Positions 36,011 to 41,222 of a stretch of DNA of 41,222 nucleotides are shown here, one piece after another. Under the pieces are notes generated by a model that ran no database searches, had not been told where the DNA came from, and was given only the letters and a program-made list of their open reading frames with translations. The position numbers were made by a program, and so were the translations under genes. Positions within the stretch are counted from its first letter, which is position 1, and each line of letters opens with the position of its first letter. The stretch lies in IMG/VR virus record IMGVR_UViG_2588253749_000003, positions 1 through 41,222 of that record; one strand, 5' to 3'. The DNA is from a virus (lineage: Duplodnaviria; Heunggongvirae; Uroviricota; Caudoviricetes).

Positions 36011-36435
36011 TGGAACTGTGGCTGACGGTGAACGGCAAACGCACCAGTGCCAGCGCACCGCTGGACCCGCTGACCCGCGCCGTGGTGATTTCCCTGTTCA
36101 CCTGGCGGCGGGCGGAGCCTGATGACAACGCCGACGTCCCGATGGGATGGTGGGGGGATACCTGGCCTGCGGTACAGAATGACCGTTACGGCTCCCGACT
36201 GTGGCTGCTTCAGCGCAGCAAACTGACCAATCAGCTGGTGCAGACGGTAAGGGGGTATATCCGCGAATGCCTGCAATGGATGATTGATGACGGTGTGGTG
36301 TCCCGTATTGATCTGGATATCCGCCGCACCGGGATTAATGAACTGGGTAACAGTATCACTCTCTGGCGACGTGACGGACCGGTAATGATTTCTTTTGATA
36401 ATCTGTGGAGTGCGATAACGCATGGCGGACAGTGA
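36007..36435 (+). CDS. Baseplate protein (GP46/W-like)
   Basis: 142-aa ORF, position and size. Confidence 0.55.
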   Translation: MMELWLTVNGKRTSASAPLDPLTRAVVISLFTWRRAEPDDNADVPMGWWGDTWPAVQNDRYGSRLWLLQRSKLTNQLVQTVRGYIRECLQWMIDDGVVSRIDLDIRRTGINELGNSITLWRRDGPVMISFDNLWSAITHGGQ

Positions 36436-37504
36436 ATTTCAGCGCCCGACGCTGGCAGAAAATATCAGTATGCTCCGTAACGATTTATTCGCCAGGCTGG
36501 ACGTCAGTGACCCACTCCGGCGCATGGATGAAGACGTGCGGGCAAAGGTGTATGCGGCGGCGCTGCATACGGTTTACGGTTACATCGATTATCTGGCAAT
36601 GAACATACTGCCTGACCGGTGTGATGAATCCTGGCTGGCGCGACATGCTGCGATGAAACGGTGTCCGCGCAAGGGGGCCACGGCTGCCAGCGGGTATATG
36701 CGCTGGGAAGATGTCAGCGATGACCTGAAGGTGACCGCCGGGAGTGTTATTCAGCGCGATGACCTGGTTCAGTACACAGCAACTGCCGATGCAACCAGCT
36801 CCAGTGGTGTCCTGCGCGTGCCGATCGCCTGCTCAACTGCAGGTGCGGTCGGTAATGCTGACGACGGTACGGCATTAATCCTGGTCACGCCGGTGAATGG
36901 TCTGCCGTCGTCTGGTGTGGCTGATACCCTGACCGGCGGATTCGATACTGAAGATCTGGAAACGTGGCGCGCCCGCGTCATTGAGCGGTATTACTGGACG
37001 CCTCAGGGCGGGGCTGACGGGGATTATGTCGTCTGGGCTAAAGAAGTGCCTGGTATTACGCGCGCATGGACATACCGTCACTGGAGAGGAATAGGAACGG
37101 TAGGGGTGATGGTGGCGACAAACGATCCGGAACATCCGGCTCCGGATGAAAGCGTCATTAATGCAGTCAGAGAGCACATTCTTCCTCTGACACCGGTTGC
37201 CGGAAGCGGATTGTATGTATTCGGTGCCACAGAAAAAGTCATCCCGATGACGATTGCATTATCGAAAGACACACCGCAGATCAGGACTGCAATAAAAGCA
37301 GAGCTGAATGCACTGATGTTACGGGATGGTGTGCCAGAGGGGCGTATGTATCTGTCCAGAATCAGTGAGGCCATCAGTTTGTCTGCTGGTGAAGTGGCCC
37401 ACCGGTTAATCGTCCCTTCATCGGATATTGACCTGGGGGAGACCGAGCTTCCGGTGCTCGGCGAGATCACCTGGCAGGCTTATGACCCGGCAAGGAGTAA
37501 ATAA
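36422..37504 (+). CDS. Baseplate J-like protein
   Basis: 360-aa ORF, position and size. Confidence 0.65.
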   Translation: MADSEFQRPTLAENISMLRNDLFARLDVSDPLRRMDEDVRAKVYAAALHTVYGYIDYLAMNILPDRCDESWLARHAAMKRCPRKGATAASGYMRWEDVSDDLKVTAGSVIQRDDLVQYTATADATSSSGVLRVPIACSTAGAVGNADDGTALILVTPVNGLPSSGVADTLTGGFDTEDLETWRARVIERYYWTPQGGADGDYVVWAKEVPGITRAWTYRHWRGIGTVGVMVATNDPEHPAPDESVINAVREHILPLTPVAGSGLYVFGATEKVIPMTIALSKDTPQIRTAIKAELNALMLRDGVPEGRMYLSRISEAISLSAGEVAHRLIVPSSDIDLGETELPVLGEITWQAYDPARSK

Positions 37505-38463
37505 TGGATTCGTTACAGGATGATTATAAAAAGCTGCTGTACGGACTGATGCCGCCGGGGCCTGCATGGAGCGATACCGACGGCGTGCTTGATGGTCTGG
37601 CACCATCGCTTGTACGTGTTCATCAGCGGGCTGATGAACTGATGGCTGAAATCGATCCTGGTCAGTCAACAGAGCTGATTGAACGTTATGAAGAATTGTA
37701 TGGTTTACCTGACACCTGCTCTCCTGTTGGAGCCCAGACATTACGCCAGCGTCAGCAACGGCTGGAAGCAAAAGCCAATGTGGCTGGTGGCATAAATGAG
37801 CAGTTCTTCCTGGAGCAGCTTGAGGCGCTGGGATATACCGGCGTGACGATCGAACAGTTCCAGCACCTGGATGCAAGCCCCGATCCGGAATGGGGTGATC
37901 GCTGGCGTTATTTCTGGCGTGTGACGTTGCCGGTGGATGCCGGTGCTCAGTGGCAGACATGTTCGGACACCTGTAACACACCGATCCGGACGTGGGGTGA
38001 TACGGTTGCGGAATGCGTGATTAATAAATTATGTCCGTCGCATACTGTTGTCCTTTTTGCATATCCGGATGAGTCTGGTGAAGTGCAACAAGCCGCCCTG
38101 ACTATAAACAGCCTCTCCTTTCAGGCCGGACACAAGACGACTGAGCCATTAGCGATTAATCATACAGGTGTTCATTTTGCGGTTGTTCCGGCACTGACAG
38201 GTAAGCCGCTGACAATTAACCGGATTAACTTTTATGCCGCCCGTCCGATGGCAGAACCACTGGTACTCAGCAGGGCGCAATTGCACTCAGGTCTGCCGAC
38301 AACGGACCCCATGACCATGAACAGCGCACAGTTGCAGACGGGATACAGGACCCGCTCCCCCGTACCGGTTAACAGTATGCAGTTGCAGACAGCCAGCAGA
38401 ACCCGTGAACCGTTATTGATTAATCACCCGGGACTGCATTTTGCTGTGGTCACGTCCGAATGA
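37504..38463 (+). CDS. YmfQ-like (DUF2313, Mu gp48-like) tail protein with C-terminal repeat extension
   Basis: 319-aa ORF; C-terminal half has two EPL(A/L)INH(T/P)G(V/L)HFAVV repeats and two NS(A/M)QLQT repeats. Confidence 0.55.
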   Translation: MDSLQDDYKKLLYGLMPPGPAWSDTDGVLDGLAPSLVRVHQRADELMAEIDPGQSTELIERYEELYGLPDTCSPVGAQTLRQRQQRLEAKANVAGGINEQFFLEQLEALGYTGVTIEQFQHLDASPDPEWGDRWRYFWRVTLPVDAGAQWQTCSDTCNTPIRTWGDTVAECVINKLCPSHTVVLFAYPDESGEVQQAALTINSLSFQAGHKTTEPLAINHTGVHFAVVPALTGKPLTINRINFYAARPMAEPLVLSRAQLHSGLPTTDPMTMNSAQLQTGYRTRSPVPVNSMQLQTASRTREPLLINHPGLHFAVVTSE

Positions 38464-38486
38464 CATAAAATAAAAGGAGAGCCGCT

Positions 38487-39119
38487 TTGAATATTATTAA
38501 ACTCGAAAGTTTTCGACAAATTCCGGCGAATGAGGGATTGTGCGAGAACTATTATTCAACAAATATTATTTCAGCACTGAACGAAAACGGTGTCACGCTT
38601 ATCAATGATATGTCCGGTTCTGTAACATCCGTCTGTCGTGGCACTCAGGCCGTAAATACTGTAGAAAGAACGGGGCTGATTTTTACGACACCCTCATATG
38701 TCACACTGTACAGCACACTTCCGGACTTAAAAGCCTCAGCTGTACAGCTGGGATTTCGTCTGACATTAAGTGCGGGAAAGAAATATTCATCTTCGCCATC
38801 CCACATCAGGATTAATGGCTATTCATTTACAACCCCGTATCCTGATGAAGCAGCCAGTTATTACTATGAAATTTTCGCAACGCGAAACGAAAACGGCTAT
38901 GTCTCAGCCAGTCTGTACTGCAACCGCTCATTAGTTGGAAATACATCGTTTTATGTACCAGATGACCGGACTGACAAAATTCAGGTGAGTATTGGTGGTG
39001 GTAACAATATTTTTTCATCGGGTGCATCCGGCACGTTAATGCTGGGTGATATGTACTGTGGAACAGTGACATACGGTAGAAATAATAGTGCAGAAACCCG
39101 CCCTGCTCGGAAGCATTGA
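38487..39119 (+). CDS. Hypothetical tail-associated protein
   Basis: 210-aa ORF in visibly AT-richer segment between baseplate and tail fiber genes. Confidence 0.4.
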   Translation: MNIIKLESFRQIPANEGLCENYYSTNIISALNENGVTLINDMSGSVTSVCRGTQAVNTVERTGLIFTTPSYVTLYSTLPDLKASAVQLGFRLTLSAGKKYSSSPSHIRINGYSFTTPYPDEAASYYYEIFATRNENGYVSASLYCNRSLVGNTSFYVPDDRTDKIQVSIGGGNNIFSSGASGTLMLGDMYCGTVTYGRNNSAETRPARKH

Positions 39120-39537
39120 GGTCAGATACAGCCCGGTAACGGCATTTACCGGTGGAAGCGCCAAAAACTCACTGAATAAAGATATTGTCACGGGGCTGAA
39201 CACCTCTGACAGCGAGGCCGGATATCTGATGCTCTCGCCGTCCCTGAATGCCGCACAGGCCACGTTTGGTGCGGTGGATAACGTCAACAGTGATGTTGTG
39301 GCCGTTATGGCCTCGGTCACTTACCGCGGTGCTGATGCCCCCAATAACCGCCTGGCCTGGAAAGTGAAAAATGGCAGCCATGCAGGCGCAACGATTACAG
39401 AGAATGGCGTACAAAGCGACACAAACAGCTGGACGACTGTCTCACAGAGTTTTATGGCCCAGCCAGGCGGAGAAACGCCTTTCACAAAGGGTGAACTGAC
39501 TTTCACAGCGGAATTGTTTAATCAGGCAAGGACATAA
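39088..39537 (+). CDS. Hypothetical protein (GTG start; overlaps upstream ORF by 32 nt in another frame)
   Basis: 149-aa ORF; may be separate gene or frameshifted continuation. Confidence 0.3.
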   Translation: MQKPALLGSIEVRYSPVTAFTGGSAKNSLNKDIVTGLNTSDSEAGYLMLSPSLNAAQATFGAVDNVNSDVVAVMASVTYRGADAPNNRLAWKVKNGSHAGATITENGVQSDTNSWTTVSQSFMAQPGGETPFTKGELTFTAELFNQART

Positions 39538-39567
39538 TTCTGATATTTAATTCACGGGAGGTTTAAT

Positions 39568-40677
39568 ATGCACAGAATTGACACTCCGACAGCAGTTAAA
39601 GATAAATTTGGCCCGGGCAAGAACGGATTTACTGACGGGAATATTCGTACAGGGCGTCATGCCACCTGGCTGAACAGTGCCATGTGGGATGCCCTTCAGG
39701 AGGAAATCTGTGGTGTCATTGAGAAGGCCGGGATAAAACTGAATAAAGAGGAACACGACCAGTTATATAAAGCCATATTATTACTGGTTGGCGGTGCAAT
39801 TAACGAAGAGGCATTGCTGATAAAAAATAATCTTTCGGATGTCGAAGACAGTGATGAGGCTGTTGAAAACCTCGGATTAAAACCCACGGTGGATAAGGCA
39901 AAAAATGCCGTTCAGCGTGATGGAGACACCATGACCGGGGAGCTGAAAATCAGTGGTGTTAATGCACTGAGGATTTTCAACGAAGCCTTTGGTCTGATTT
40001 TTCGTCGTTCGGAAGAGTGTCTGCACCTCATTCCTACCCGGGAAAATCAGGGCGAGAGTGGTGATATTGGGCCGCTACGCCCCTTTACGCTTAATCTCAG
40101 GACCGGTCGCATAACTATGGGACACGGTCTGGATGTTACAGAAGATGTATTTGCAGGCCGTTTAGCGATTAACAGCAGTAACGGAACGTGGATTCAGATG
40201 CGTGACAACAACGTTATTTTCGGGAAAAACAGGATAAATACTGATGCTGCTCAGGCGCTTCTGCGTCAGGATCATGCAGACAGAAAGTATTTCCTGGCTG
40301 GTCTTGGGAATAAGCAGTTTGGCATTTACATGATAAATAATAGCCGTACGGATAATGGTACGGACGGTCAGGCGTATATGGATGATGCGGGAAACTGGCG
40401 ATGCGGGCGTCAGGTTATACCGTCAGACTACGGAAACTTCGATGCCCGCTACCAGACCAAAACAGGTGGCGTACAGAATTTTCAGTATACCAGTGAGGTG
40501 TTTTACAACCCGGGCGGGAACGAGCACAGCTGGACGTTTCGAGCACCTTCTGGTTGTGTTTTGTCAGGCATTAATGTTCAGGATACTGGCCGTAACTCTG
40601 CAGACAATATCGGTGGCGTGTATTACAAACAGGCTCAGATTTATATTAATGGTGCATGGCGATCTGTATCAGGTTAA
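39568..40677 (+). CDS. Tail fiber protein
   Basis: N-terminus MHRIDTPTAVKDKFGPGKNGFTDGN... typical conserved tail-fiber N-terminal domain of enterobacterial prophages. Confidence 0.7.
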   Translation: MHRIDTPTAVKDKFGPGKNGFTDGNIRTGRHATWLNSAMWDALQEEICGVIEKAGIKLNKEEHDQLYKAILLLVGGAINEEALLIKNNLSDVEDSDEAVENLGLKPTVDKAKNAVQRDGDTMTGELKISGVNALRIFNEAFGLIFRRSEECLHLIPTRENQGESGDIGPLRPFTLNLRTGRITMGHGLDVTEDVFAGRLAINSSNGTWIQMRDNNVIFGKNRINTDAAQALLRQDHADRKYFLAGLGNKQFGIYMINNSRTDNGTDGQAYMDDAGNWRCGRQVIPSDYGNFDARYQTKTGGVQNFQYTSEVFYNPGGNEHSWTFRAPSGCVLSGINVQDTGRNSADNIGGVYYKQAQIYINGAWRSVSG

Positions 40678-40691
40678 TTAAGGAGAAAATA

Positions 40692-41222
40692 ATGGAACTC
40701 TCAAACATTACGCGTTACTACCCTGAAGACATGCCTTATGGTGACGGCATTCAGTATTTCCGTAGTGAAGACGGGCAGGATTTTTATGAATCACTGGATA
40801 AATTCACGAAGAAATACAAGCTGTGCACGCATCCTGAAACCGGCGTTATTTATTCCGTGGCGGAAGATGTATCCCGTCTTTATCCCGTTGGTTTTACCAT
40901 TGTGGAAGTGGATGAACTACCGGATGGTTTTTGTATAGAGGCGCGCTGGTATTATAAAGACGGTGAAGTACTACCGGTCCCTGTTGATTACAGGCAGCAG
41001 GCAGAGTCGGAGCGTGCACGTCTTACTGCGATTGCTGAACGGGAAATATCCGATAAGAAGACGGATTTACTTTTGGGAATCATCGGTGATGAAGAAAAAG
41101 AAAAGCTGACAGTCTGGCGCATTTACGCGAAATTGCTGCAGGCGATGGATTTCAGCACCATCACTGATAAAACCTCATATAACGCCATTGAATGGCCCGT
41201 CTCTCCGGAAGCCTCTTCCTGA
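40692..41222 (+). CDS. Tail fiber assembly protein (Tfa-like chaperone)
   Basis: ATG 40692 with AGGAG SD; immediately after tail fiber gene; ends at window edge with TGA. Confidence 0.55.
   Translation: MELSNITRYYPEDMPYGDGIQYFRSEDGQDFYESLDKFTKKYKLCTHPETGVIYSVAEDVSRLYPVGFTIVEVDELPDGFCIEARWYYKDGEVLPVPVDYRQQAESERARLTAIAEREISDKKTDLLLGIIGDEEKEKLTVWRIYAKLLQAMDFSTITDKTSYNAIEWPVSPEASS

Overview
This window reads as the left-to-right body of a lambdoid enterobacterial prophage with an HK97-type head and a Mu/SfV-type contractile tail; all calls rest on reading the translated ORFs and DNA by eye, with no database search run. Order: integrase/excisionase (1-1357, minus), a leftward early operon dominated by an 823-aa DnaQ-like exonuclease protein, an immunity switch (CI-like repressor, Cro-like and YdaT-like genes) with palindromic TAGGC-N3-GCCTA operators, an O-like replication gene carrying internal GTCACG iterons, a ParD/ParE toxin-antitoxin pair, a nin-like region (DUF968-like, RusA, Q-like antiterminator), then a cargo island between Q and the lysis genes. 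That island holds the most interesting candidate: a visibly AT-rich two-gene module of an ABC/AAA_21-type ATPase (14418-15608) translationally coupled to a small RloB/TOPRIM-like protein (15608-16141), resembling AbiL/OLD/PARIS-type anti-phage systems. The island also carries an orphan beta-class DNA methyltransferase, three tRNA genes and a TerB-like protein. Downstream are two holin-like genes, an M15-type endolysin, an HNH endonuclease, terminase, portal, protease, capsid, connector genes, sheath/tube, frameshifted chaperone, tape measure, baseplate genes and tail fibre genes. A G9 homopolymer splits the baseplate hub gene into two frames.
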